From Octopus sinensis (lineage: Eukaryota): a DNA stretch of 64,000 bases. Of the stretch, positions 44,350-56,767 are shown piece after piece. A program made the translations under genes and the position numbers. Positions within the stretch are counted from its first letter, which is position 1; every line of letters begins with the position of its first letter. The notes beneath the pieces were generated by a model, which saw nothing but the letters and a program-made list of their open reading frames with translations, was not told the origin of the DNA and made no database searches. The stretch spans positions 126,356,001-126,420,000 of the forward strand of contig NC_043001.1 in NCBI RefSeq assembly GCF_006345805.1, in the 5' to 3' direction.

Positions 44350-44425
44350 TTCGTATTTTCTACTGAAGACGAAAAAATCTATTATGAGATTAATTTCGAA
44401 ATTGATTCAATATAGAAATAACGAA
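44350..44425 (+). ncRNA. Type I hammerhead ribozyme
   Basis: Helix I UUUCUA/UAGAAA extended by UUCGU/ACGAA; core CUGAAGA (44363-44369) plus one extra C; helix II GAAA..AAUCU/AGAUU..UUUC; GAAA (44398-44401); helix III AUUG/CAAU; AUA cleavage triplet, predicted cut after 44412. Folded by eye. Confidence 0.75.
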
Positions 44426-44702
44426 CTTTAAAAAAAAATTCTATCGGCCGGCTTTCCTCGTTTTCAGCTCTTCGTGTTTTTCCTGTAGTGAGTAATTAAT
44501 ATGTGGAATTTGACGATTTAAAAGTCTATTATCAGCATATTGGCATAGAAATAATTTTCTTTAGCCCTTATTTATAAGTTGTTTATATATATATATATAT
44601 ATAATGTGTGGGTGGGTGCATATTTGCGTATGTATACACACACACACATATGTATACATATATATATGTATTATGTATATCTGTCACTATCCGTATCTCT
44701 AC

Positions 44703-44776
<74 letters not shown>

Positions 44777-45147
44777 ATGTCTGTCTGTCTATATATGTGT
44801 ATATATGTGTATATATGTGTATATATATGTATATATATATATGTATATATACATGTATATGTGTGTGTGTGTATACACATATATATATATATCCTTCTAC
44901 ACTATAATCCAAAGACTGTGGCTAAAATGATTGTTACATAACATTATATACATATATAACGGTTATATAAAAACTAAATATATCTACAAGTTTCATATCG
45001 GATGCGTACAATACTACAATTGACCTGAGACTTTAAACTATAGTTATTATACTTGCTTTGTTTAATCATGGAATATTTAACAGTTATTTGATTCTTATTT
45101 AAACCTTTTATATCGCCTTCAATCATTTCTTTTTCTTTCTTTTGCAG

Positions 45148-46191
45148 TGGAGATGGCCGCACACAATATTTGTCCTCTATCGACTAGCTCTAGCCTTATA
45201 TACATTAGGCGGCTTTGCGAATCATTATGCTGTGATGATTTCTCTGGATATATCGCATAACCCAATGGTATATTTGACATCATGGAGCTATTTGATGTTG
45301 GCATTACATTGCAGCGTGGCAGCAGTTGTGACTACGTATAGCTACTACGTAATTTACAAAATTACACGTCTGAATACCTCTAATAAAACTGTACTAAAAT
45401 GTATTTCTCCTTTGACAACACAAAAAACTAAGGAAAACGGTCATATTGCAGATGCTATGAATAACTGTGTTAATTACTCGGAGAATGATGCCCTTCCGGC
45501 TCGGAACAATGAAAGCGAATATCAGAACCAGGATGAGGAAAATTTCATGAAGACTTCAAAATCATCAGAGCCAATTGCAGTGCAACATCTTTGCGTTGAC
45601 GCCCATCATTCGATTGAAACTTGCAAAGGGACAACGTTCGGGTGTTCACTACCGGGTGCACACCAATCAAACATGGTTTGGCGGGTAGACGTAACAGGAG
45701 CCAAGACAATATGTGTCAAAAATCTCGACAAAATCTGTTGGTTTATGAAATTAACATGGCTGCTTTTTGACATAGCATCTGTTGCGGCCATCATGGTTAG
45801 TTGCATTTATTTCATCACCATCTTCCCACAAAATCATTCCCACGGAGAATCGGTTACATTTCAGGATCTCAACACGCATGCATTCAACTCACTAATCGTA
45901 ATATTTGAACTTGCTATTACCGCATATCCAATACGTCTACTACACGTACTCTATCCTTTTCTATTTGGTATCGTGTATATCATATTTAACGTTATATATT
46001 GGACACAGGACCGAGTAAAAAACGTTTTATATTCTGATATCTTGGACTGGAACCTCCCTGAGAAAGCAGTTCTACTGATAACGGTCTTATTATTTGTTTT
46101 GGTACCAGTTCAACAGTGTTTTCATTTTCTTGTGTACAAACTTCGTCTTTACATATATTTCAGAATCTATAAACAACATTATAACTCTTGA
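45148..46191 (+). CDS. Rolling stone (Rost)-like multi-pass membrane protein, large terminal coding exon (N-terminal exon not found)
   Basis: 349-codon non-repetitive ORF carrying Rost family motifs: W..P..FVLYRLALALY, VYLTSWSY, KLTWLLFDIA, LNTHAFNS...ELAITAYPIRLLH.LYP, FNVIYW, LYSDILDWNLP, LVYKLR. It is preceded by a polypyrimidine tract and acceptor (tttttctttcttttgcag|TGG, phase 0). Stop TGA at 46189-46191. Confidence 0.92.
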   Translation, partial: WRWPHTIFVLYRLALALYTLGGFANHYAVMISLDISHNPMVYLTSWSYLMLALHCSVAAVVTTYSYYVIYKITRLNTSNKTVLKCISPLTTQKTKENGHIADAMNNCVNYSENDALPARNNESEYQNQDEENFMKTSKSSEPIAVQHLCVDAHHSIETCKGTTFGCSLPGAHQSNMVWRVDVTGAKTICVKNLDKICWFMKLTWLLFDIASVAAIMVSCIYFITIFPQNHSHGESVTFQDLNTHAFNSLIVIFELAITAYPIRLLHVLYPFLFGIVYIIFNVIYWTQDRVKNVLYSDILDWNLPEKAVLLITVLLFVLVPVQQCFHFLVYKLRLYIYFRIYKQHYNS

Positions 46192-46244
46192 GGAAGCAAG
46201 TAACAGCAGTACTCACACACACACACACACACAGCACACACACA

Positions 46245-46283
<39 letters not shown>

Positions 46284-48863
46284 ACACACACACACACACA
46301 CACACTATATATATATATATATATATATATGTATAAGCTGGTATGCGTGTGATATGTGTGTATTTGTTCCAATATAACCTCGAAAGAATTGACAATAAGA
46401 AATGTGCAAGGAACACAAGAAAGAGAGAGAGAGAGAGAGGGAAAATGTTTGAACTAGAGAAACGAGAAAATATGCAAAGAAAGGACATGGAGTATGTGAC
46501 GATGAGTGTTAGACAATATTTGTGATATCAGAGATTTAATGTCAATATAACTGTTCTGTGGTGTGTGTGCATGCATGCATGTGCGTTTATGAGGGAACGT
46601 AAAATATCCACCCACACCAAACACACACTCATAAACATATATATATACATAGCTTTTGTGCGTGTGTCTGTGTGTGTGTGTGTTTGTGTGTATGTATCTG
46701 TTTATGTGCAAATGTATGTGTTTGAGCGCGTGCTTGTGTATATGTATGGATGTGAAATCTGTGTTTAAAACTGGTAAAGAAGTCCAGTTATGCTATTAAG
46801 TAAAAATATGAAATACATAATTAAAAATTGATAACTTTTTATTGACGAAAGGGTTCATCTTGGGTAACAAAACTGACTGGCAGTTTACTTGTGATAAACT
46901 GCTTAATTATCAAGATTGATATATTTATATTATTTAAAAGTTACTATATTTAAAAATGCAACAAAAACGGAAAGAGTAACCAAGTTTCATTCTTCACCTT
47001 TCAGATTCTAAATTTTATACCATTTTTGCCAAAATTTGCTCTAAATGCAACGCATCGTTCTGTCAAGCCAAATTTGCTGCAAAAACGTTTTCTTACTAAT
47101 GATGTAAAAATCTCAAATGTTGAATTAAATGGATAGCCTCAAATCCCCAAAATAAAACAAAAGCTCCCTCAAATTTTCAAAATAGATATTTTAAGAATGA
47201 ATATACACAAATTACTAGGGAAATTCATTTCTTTAATTTTGATTTCAAATTTCGGAGGAATAGATAAGTCTATTAAATCAACCCCAGTGTTCAAATAGTA
47301 CTCATTTTATCGACCACGAAAAGAATGAAATATAAAGTCGACCTCGGCGGAGTTTGAACTCAGAACGCAATGACGGATGAAAAGCCGCTAAGCATTTTGC
47401 CCAGCGAGCTAACGATCTTGCTAGCACATCGCCTTAGGCATTTCTTCAATTTTACCACTAAAAAGACCACCACCAGCTTTCATGATGCTACAATTGATCA
47501 GGTCTGAACATAAATCTACACGTATCTACAAAAGTATATATATATATAAGTCTACGCTGATTCAGGCATGAGCAAGGAATTTGATAAAATAAAGCAATCA
47601 ATGACTGTTAATGCAGCTAGTTTCCCGTCTCTTTGTTACCGATATTGTCCAAGGGAAATGTTGAGGTCCTATGAGATTTTTTCTGGCCTGGCACACTAGT
47701 TTTGTCGCGAGCGACTCAAAATGCAAAGAGCCAGGACAAATACTAGGTATTTCATCCTACGTTCTAACAATTCTCCCAATGTACTAGTATTTGGATGAGC
47801 ATCTTTATTTAATCGCAGTCTATTCTCCGGGAGAATGAAAAGCAAAGCAACCTCGGTTGAATTTGAACTCGGAATGTAAAGCGCCGGAGTAAATACAACC
47901 GAGTATTTTGTTTGAACCAGCCAATCTATCATCCTGGATTAGTATGTTATTGCGTTGAAAAACGAAAAGGTTTTGGGATTTGAACTCAAATGTAAAGAGA
48001 AGAAACAAATACCGCGAAGCAAATACTACATTTTTGCTCGATGCTTTAACAATACTGCTGTTCCAATCAATACCTTATCACTATCATTATGACAACAATA
48101 ACAGCATTGCCTGTAGCATAATTCTAAACATTATCCCAAACATTAACCATAATACCGTCATTTACCTGATATAAGGCGGCGAGCAGGCATTATCGTGAGC
48201 ACGCCGGGCAAAAAAATGCTTAGCGGCATTTCTTCCTGCTTTACGCCCTGAGTTCAAATTCCGCTGAGGTCGACTTTGCTTGTCATCCTTTAGAGGTCGA
48301 TAAAATAAGTATCCGTCGATCACTGGGGTCGATCTAATCGATCTATAGCTGTCTTAAAATTGCTGGCCTAGTACCAAAATTTCAAACTAATATTTAGCTT
48401 ATATGGGCAATAGATTGGGGGAGATCCTCAGAACATGGAATGCAATACTACCTTGCATAGTTAATTGCGGACCTTTACACCCTGACTTCAAATCCCATCA
48501 ACAACTAATTTGCCTTTCATCATTTCTGGTTCAATAAAATACACGTTAGTCAATAAAGTACATGCTATTTAATCGATTTTACTGACCCATCTCCCAAATT
48601 CCAAATAAATATTTCTGGCCTTGTGCAACACAACTACTGGCTGTATAATACGCATGAACGTTGCGATTTATAGCTATACATACAATATTATATATTAAAT
48701 ATGCTGAGAGTTAAAAGTCATTATGATTAGCATTATTGCAATAAGATAAGATTTGCCCAACCTGGTCGCTTGACTTGCTGAAAATCGCAACGAAATTTTC
48801 TATAATAGCACCGAATGTTTTGACTAAGGAAAGCAAATATTAGATCATGCTTAGGCCAACATA

Positions 48864-49150
48864 TCTATTATATAAAATCTGTTCTATCTGTCTGTGTGTT
48901 TGTCTTCTAGGATCTCGGGCATCCTCCATCCGATTGCGCTCAAATTTGATATGTAGATACCGACGGTATCAGGGCGAGTATAAGTCTTGAAAAAATTGCA
49001 AAAGTCGATTCCAGGTGAGAATGCGATCGATAAAGCCGTGGGAACGTGCATTTGTACGCGCAAGTACATCAGCTGTTGCGATCGATACTACGCGTACATG
49101 AGAAAAATGCACGTGCAGTTTGCGCAAAAAAAGCCGGCTGGCTTGAAATA
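48864..49150 (+). mobile_element. Helitron-like non-autonomous element, 5' portion
   Basis: A|TCTATTATATAAAA, then tctgtctgtgtgtttgtc and ccgattgcgctcaaattt, the same layout as the 5' end of 34614-35413. No 3' CTAG hairpin found. Confidence 0.55.
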
Positions 49151-49586
49151 ATGCCACAAAATGCAGTATATTTAAGAGACCAAAAAAGTAAGATGCAAAA
49201 GAGATATTTTCCTTAAACTTAGCACGAAGGAAGTAAAGACTATTTGGTTTCTCCTATATATATTTCTTCTTTTGCTGGTGCCTCCAGTTTAGTTTAAATC
49301 AGTGTTTCTCAAAGGGGAGACCTATGGGACAGTCGGACAAGTTGTTTTGAGAAAATTTGGTTTAAATGTTTGACAACTCAGCACCGTCCATTGGACGGGG
49401 GGCGTTTTGCCCCTCCATAAAATAAGATGGGATGGTCACAAGTTGCATCCGTTTCGATCAGGACTGACCTAGGACTAAACAACAACAGCAACATCATGAT
49501 CAACGTTGATGCGCAGTTGTGTACGCGCACACACAAATGCATACATACGTATACTCATACATACATATATATATACACATATACAT

Positions 49587-49619
<33 letters not shown>

Positions 49620-51029
49620 CTCATCTACACACTCGAACTTAGATGGCTGTTGAATCCCTTGAGTTCATTCACTACAAAATCGGCCCTCTCATAACCACAA
49701 ACTGCCTTCACCACCACCATCACAATTAATCTCATGACAAACTAAATGGATCATAAAATAAATCTATGAAGACATTAAGGAAAGCAATAGCACCAGAATT
49801 GACCCAGAGCCAAACCAGACAACTAGTGTATAAGGATAATTATAAATCGTAGATTTGTAGGGATAATGTCTGCATTTGGCAGTGTATAAGGATAATTAAG
49901 GATGGTGTCTACATTTGCTATGATCAGATTAACAATATGTGAAGATGTGTGTTTTGTTAGTGTATGGCGTCGGTGGTGTGTAGTAATGATAGAGGTGCTC
50001 ATATTTATATGATCTTGCTGTTTGTTATCGTTTGCTCCCAGATCAACACTGATCGTGAAAACCAATGTTCAGTGGCTTTCTAACTATGACAATACTGATC
50101 TTCAAAGGATATCTAGTACTATAATGTCTAATAGTAGGCTGTGATTATAAGGCGTTTTGTCAGATATTTCTTGCGAGTCGAACTGGCGGCGTCGTTAGAA
50201 TGTCGGATAGTATGAATTTTTGGGCTCTGACTTGTCACTTGACAAAAAAGATTAAGAAAAACGGCTCTTCGCTGTGCTTCCTAGTATTCTGTAGCGATAT
50301 ACCTGTTATATGGCTGTAACTTGTGTTAAGAGAGTTATGCATCAATATGTGATATGGAGCTGTGATGACAGAAGTATTATATTAGTGTGAGATATTGAGC
50401 TGTGATGCGGGATGTTATATACTGACATGTGGTATTGAAATGAGAAGAAAGATTTGAAATTGACGGAGAAAATTTTACATTTGTGTGCGAAATTGAGCAA
50501 TAAGCATACAAGAGTTACATTAATTTGTGATATTAAACTGTGGCGATAAAGAAATGTTATGTGTTTGTATGCTTGCAAGGTGTGATAACATTAATTACAT
50601 TGGTGTAACATGACGATGGATTCGAGAAGAACACCTTGGACTAAAGTCATATTTCTTAGATGGAGCCCAAAATCCCTTTCTAAAATATTAGACTCCGCTT
50701 CATTTTCCGATATTCCGGCGTATATACCTCTGTTGGTTTATTTTCCTATTAGTAGTTGTAGTAACTTGACCTGCTAAAATCAGTAGACAAATCATTTTGA
50801 ACAATTTTGCATTACTGTAGTTCACATCATGGTGGTGGTGGTGGTGGTGACTGTTCTAATTTGCTTTAAGCCTACACATCTAAAGACATGTTCCACATGA
50901 TGAGTTGGTTGGGACTAGAAATCTCGAACCATTTACTTTTGCCTTCAGCGTATCCCAAGCTTGTCTCAAGTAGAGTACATACGGGTTATTAAAGAACATC
51001 AACACAACATTATCCTGCAAACAACAGCC

Positions 51030-51076
<47 letters not shown>

Positions 51077-51129
51077 TAATAATAATAATAATAATATAAT
51101 ATAATAATAATAATAATAATGCGCTGTTC

Positions 51130-51295
51130 ATCTTCTTATAAGATCACTATGTCGTGCACATATGGTTGTGATGCATGTGTCTGATGTACCCTTATCAGAC
51201 GGATAGCCATGCTATTGGGTTTCATATATTTGTACCCCAGTATCACTTTGATGGCATGCATTGCTTTCTCACTCAATGATGATGATGATGATGAT
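51130..51295 (+). mobile_element. Retroposon 3' end between (TAA)n and (TGA)n tracts
   Basis: Short unique segment ending ...tttgatggcatgcattgctttctcactcaatgatgatg, immediately preceded by about 30 TAA units. No coding evidence. Confidence 0.45.
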
Positions 51296-51412
51296 TATCT
51301 TTTCTAATATAAGTACAAGGCCTGAAATATCGAAGGAGGGAACAAGTCGATTACATCGACCCCGGTACATGACTGTTACTTAATTTATCGATCCCGAAAG
51401 GATGAAAGGTTC

Positions 51413-51467
<55 letters not shown>

Positions 51468-51819
51468 CAACAACAATAAAAAGCTCCCTCACTGCCGCTA
51501 TGTGTCAAATATTCACCAATCACAACACTCAATTATAATTACCCAGAGTAATTACAAGAACATTTCCGTCAATGATAGTGTTTTTTATCTTTCACAATTA
51601 ACACATTTCCCGCAAACATACATTTATTATTCTCCTTACTGAAATCCCAAGGAAACTATTCTTCATTACTAGGAAGAGTCAACAAATTAACACTTCCTGC
51701 ACCACCTTCTCTACACTGTCAGTAAAAATATAAATTAAAATAATTTATTTCGTTCTGTGCAAATATCTTATAAATTTTAAAAAGATATATATAAATTTCC
51801 AAATGCAATAATTAATTAC

Positions 51820-52815
51820 TGCTTATCTCTGAACTGTTCTTAAATTGAGTAATTATCACATTGAGATATTTCCACATTTACCTCTTCTTTAATTGAGTCA
51901 TTGTTAAACTGTGTTGTTCCTTCTATTGAGTACAACTCAATCGTAAGTCCTTATGCAGAGTATGTCTTCTGACTAGCTGTTCTAACAGTGAATAGTTATT
52001 ACGTTGAGGTATTATTATATTAAGCAGTTCTGAAATTGAGTCATTCCTAAATTAAGTATGTCTTACACTGAACAGTTCTGAAATTGCTATATTCTTATAT
52101 AGAGAACTTCTTACATTCAGCAGTGTTTACATTGCGCACATATTGCATTTATTAGTTATTACAGTAAAGTATTCTTACATTGGGCTGTTCTTACATTGAA
52201 TATCCTTTCATTTAATGATTAGCTCTGGCACTGAACTAATCATATATTGAATCATTATTTAACTGAGTATTGCTTACACTAAGGTTTTCTTAAATTGATG
52301 AGTTTCTACCTCTTGTCTTCATGTATTCAGCAGTTCTTATTTTGAGAAATTCTTACATTAAGTGTTATACCGAGTTCTCACATTGATAAGTTCTTACACT
52401 CACAAACTCTTAGACTGAGCAGGCCTTATGCTGGAGCAATTCTTACAATGTTCAATATAATAGTCAATTCTTATATATAGCAATTCTTACAATGAGTAAT
52501 TCTTGCATTGTATAATTCTTACAGTGGGTAGTTGCTACACTGATTATACATACATTAAGTTAGTTATGTATTGAGTCATTATTAAATTCAGCATTTCTTA
52601 CATAGAGCCACTATCACATTGACCAATTTTAAATTGAGTAATCCTTACATTGAGTAAATATTACCTTAATCAATTCTTAACTAGAACTGTTCTTGCATTG
52701 ACCAAATTTGCATTGGGAAATTCTTACATTGAAATAATTTCTGCATTGGGCAATTCTTCAACTGATCCATTCTTAACAGTGATGGATTCTTAAATTCTGT
52801 AATTCTTTCATTGAG
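51820..52815. repeat. Degenerate 16-bp minisatellite (consensus about TTCTTACATTGAGYAA)
   Basis: Repeating units ttcttaaattgagtaa, ttatcacattgagata, ttcttacattgggctg, ttcttacaatgagtaa and so on over about 1 kb. Confidence 0.85.
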
Positions 52816-53054
52816 CTTTCACTGAACAAGACTTTCACCGAATCATTCTGATTGTTGTAAAATGTATTCATCTCATCGTTATAATTTTTGTTTCAAATTA
52901 AAACAGTTGTTTTCAGTACATTTGTTTGTAATTCTTTTCACTACGCTGTTGTTGTTGTTGTTGCTGATTTTGCGCAGGTATTTGTTTCTGTGACAACTCT
53001 CTTCCAGAAGCAACCAGAAAAGAACAGATGAAGCGAGAGAAGAACTTCACTCCA

Positions 53055-53275
53055 TGGCAGAAACGTTAGAACGCCGGGCGAAATGCTTTGCGGTATTTCG
53101 TCCGCCGCTGCGTTCTGAGTTAAAATTCCGCCGAGGTCGACTTTGCCTTTCAACCTTCCGGGGTCGATAAATTAAGTACCAGTTACGCACTGGAGTCGAT
53201 GTAATCGACTTAATACGTTTGTCTGTCCTTGTTTGTCCTCTCTGTGTTTAGCCCCTTGTGGGTAGTAAAGAAAAA
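53055..53275 (+). mobile_element. Nin/Deu-domain-type SINE; representative copy
   Basis: tggcagaaacgttag...ttctgagtt.aaattccgccgaggtcgactttgcctttca.cctt.cggggtcgataaattaagtaccag. Further copies at about 19890-20190(-), 21974-22170, 22180-22330, 28890-29120, 30930-31150, 31170-31380, 47240-47435(-), 48173-48390, 51300-51410(-). Confidence 0.85.
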
Positions 53276-53924
53276 TATGTTACTGGAATTACCTATATTA
53301 CTTACTCTGTGTTGTATGTGACAGTTAATTAATAAGCTACCCCCATCGAGCGGGTTTCAAATTCTCGGTTGAAGTGTTTTTGATTTTATTTACAGCAGAA
53401 ATTCATTGCAACAGAATGGCATGAAGAGCACGAAATCCTATTACTACTTTCTATATATTCATAAACTTGTGACCTAAGTATGTAAGAAATCATTATCAGA
53501 TAAAATAGAATCCAAGGAGAGTGGTAGTAGTCCGCATAGGCAAGATTTCTTTTATTAGTAAAAGGCGAAAGAAAGAGTGCAGTGAAATTATCAGAGTCCC
53601 ATATCAGTTGCAGCCACTTTCTCAAACATAGAGGTCTTAAAACTCTACTTTCTTTTATTTCTATCCTCTCTACTCTACTTTGAAGAAGGGCCCAATTCGA
53701 AACGTTGGACATTCCACTCCACACGTCAATTCGACTTTACTTTTTCTCTCACGTTTTTCAAGTAGTCAGAATGTTGCATTTTACCCCAATTTCATTCAAT
53801 TACCGAACTTTTTCTTTCTTTCTTTTTGTTTGTTTGTTTGTTTGTTTCTTTCTTTCTATCTTTCTTTTCTTTTCTTTTCTTTTCTTTTCTTTCTTTTCTT
53901 TCTTTCTTTCTTTTCTTTCTTTCT

Positions 53925-53960
<36 letters not shown>

Positions 53961-55711
53961 TTATGTAGTTCTTTGTTCTTATTTTTCTTTCTTTTGTTTT
54001 ATTTCTCTCGTTGTTTCTTTCTTTCATTTTTTCTTTACTTTACCTCATTCCATGTTACTTTCTCTCCGTGCAAAATGAGAACCTTTTGTCTTCCAAATTT
54101 CAATTAAATTTGTTTTACTAACATAACGGGTTCGATTCAGTTCGATTCGTCCTTTACGAAGTTTTAGCTTTCTTATACCAATGTATTTTTGGTATTTCAA
54201 CTTCTGTAAATACCAACAGATGATTGCGAAAGTTGAGTATTGAGAATGTATTTGCGGTAAACGTTTCATGTACGCACGCGTGTTTGCATGTAGGTGTTGT
54301 GTGTATGTAAATATTATTCGTTTATGTATTAGTGTTTAAAAGAATTTACAAAATAATTTTCTGATAACAGCGAAATATTTCAACATATATGAAAATGTCG
54401 AGGGTTATGTCCTCGGTAAGGAAATATAATATGCTGATACTTCGGTAAGGAAACATAAGCTCTAAAGTATGTATGTATGTACTAAACCCGATGCAGTCCT
54501 TGAGGATAAGTCTGCTTGATCAGGGCTGACTTAGTCGAAATAGGTTCATAGACTAGGGAGATGAGGTGGTATGCGTACGACTATGTATCTAAATCATGGC
54601 ATGACTACAGAAATGTGCAACTCCCCCGATTTTGTTTCCCCATAACGTTCTTAAAAATATATTTTTTTAATAAAGTTTTCCAGAGATACATTTTAGATGA
54701 AGCAATTTGGAACAAAAACAAAACAAAAATGGGGGGGGGGGGGGATTGCAAAGGAAGGGTCATTTCTTTGCACCAATGAATATGTTTGAGGATAATTTTC
54801 CAGAGATATATTTTTGGGTTTGTAAGTTACGAATATCTTGACAAAATTATTTTAAAAAATAAAATAAATAGCATCGGAAAGATAACTTATATCTTCTTTC
54901 TTTCACTTGCCTCAGTTATTTGACTGCGGCCATGCTGGAGCACCACCTTGAAGAGTTTTAGTCGAACGAGTCAACCCCGGGACTTATTTCTATTTTATTT
55001 TAAGCCTCGTATTTATTCTATTGGTCTCTTTTACCGGCCTGCTAAGTTACGGGAACGTAAACACACCAGCCGCGGTCGTCAAGCGATGGTGGAGGAGAAG
55101 CACAGGCACAAAAACCCCCCTACACACACACACCACGCGCACACACATATATCTGTGTGGACTTAATTGTGTGGTCACTTCGTTAAGCTGAACTCTTGAA
55201 TTCTTCCAACTCTGAAATCACTGGCGCCACCCCCACATACTTTTGTTGTACGCAAGCGTGGCTGTGTGGTTAGAAGCTTAATTTCCAACCACTCGGTTCC
55301 GGGTTCAGTCCCACTGCATGGCACCCAGGGCAAGTGTTTTTTACTATGTGTCAAAATATTTTTGGTGCTTTGAAACCGCGACCTGTGGAAGTGAATCTAA
55401 CGGTTTTTAGTGTGTTCTTAAATGGCATATAAATATTTTCCATGCTGCAAATATTCATAAATTTAAATAAAAGCAAGAAAACAACTAAACAAATACTCAA
55501 ATCTTTGTTGCACATGCACACTGACGTTGCACATGCAGCAGAGTGTGTTGGCTTCAATTTTTTCAAGCCTTTGCCTATCCTCTCTATTCACATAATTTGG
55601 ATGACAGAAACAGAAAGAAGCCCGTCGTGTGTGCATATGCATATATATATATATATATATATATTATATACAATAATAAATCTCTGGGCGAGATATAAAC
55701 AGTAACTGCTC

Positions 55712-55936
55712 TATAACATAGAGGGATCAGCCATCTGAATGTGGCTAGGGTCCGGGTGGGGTGGTGGGGGTGTTACTGATGCATTTAGCCCCAGGCGAAC
55801 ATCGACGTCACCACCGAGATGGTGTCAGCTCTTCTGGTGACGTCGATGTTCGCCTGGGGCTAAATGCATCAGTAACACCCCCACCACCCCACCCTGACCC
55901 TAGCCACATCAGATGGCCGATCCCTCTTATGTTATA
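55712..55936. repeat. Inverted repeat, arms of about 100 bp and a 21-nt loop
   Basis: tataacatagagggatcagcc...gacgtcacca / tggtgacgtc...gatccctcttatgttata. Confidence 0.95.
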
Positions 55937-55973
55937 TATATATATAGTAATATATATTATGTGTGGTGATATA

Positions 55974-56017
<44 letters not shown>

Positions 56018-56736
56018 GATATATATAATATATATATAATATAATATATAATCCTATAATAAAGGGAAAAAATCCTTCATGAATCCATAAGGTGGTCAGC
56101 CCGAAAATAAAAAAAAAGCCTTGTAGGTAAATTCTCTAAATACTATATTAATAATAATATACATAGTTATAACAAGGGATCAGAAACAAGCCTTTCCGCG
56201 TGCTGAAAATAGACGGCAAATGACGCTAAAAATCACCTAAAAGCCACATGAGAGGCTTGTTTCCGATCCCTTATTATAATCATATTCATAATTATTAATA
56301 TGTGTGTGTGTGAGTGTGTGCATGCGTGTCTTTGTGTCTGTATTTGTCCCCCTTTCACTGCTTGACAACCCGTCCCTGTTACTTAGTGGTTCGGCAACTT
56401 AGCGGTTCGACATGAGGAGACATAGAATAAGTACCAGGCTTAAAAGTTAAGTTCTGAGGTCGATTTGTTCGACTAAAACCCTTCAAGGTGGTGCTCCAGC
56501 ATAGCCGCAGTCGAAAGAATAAAAAAGTATATACGACGGGCTTCCTTCAGTTTCCTTCTACCAAATCCTATCACAAGGTTTTGGGCGGCCCCAAGCAATA
56601 GTAAAAGACACCAACCGGAGGTGCTACGCAATGGGACTGAACCAGGAACCATGTGGTTGGAAAGCAAGTTCCTTAACAGACAGCCTCTTTCAAAATTAAG
56701 CATTTAACAAAGATATGTGGGAGGTTGAACATTAGA

Positions 56737-56767
<31 letters not shown>

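Noticed and set aside
51820-52815. CRISPR-like array
   Set aside because: Contiguous degenerate units with no unique spacers, in a eukaryotic context with no cas genes.
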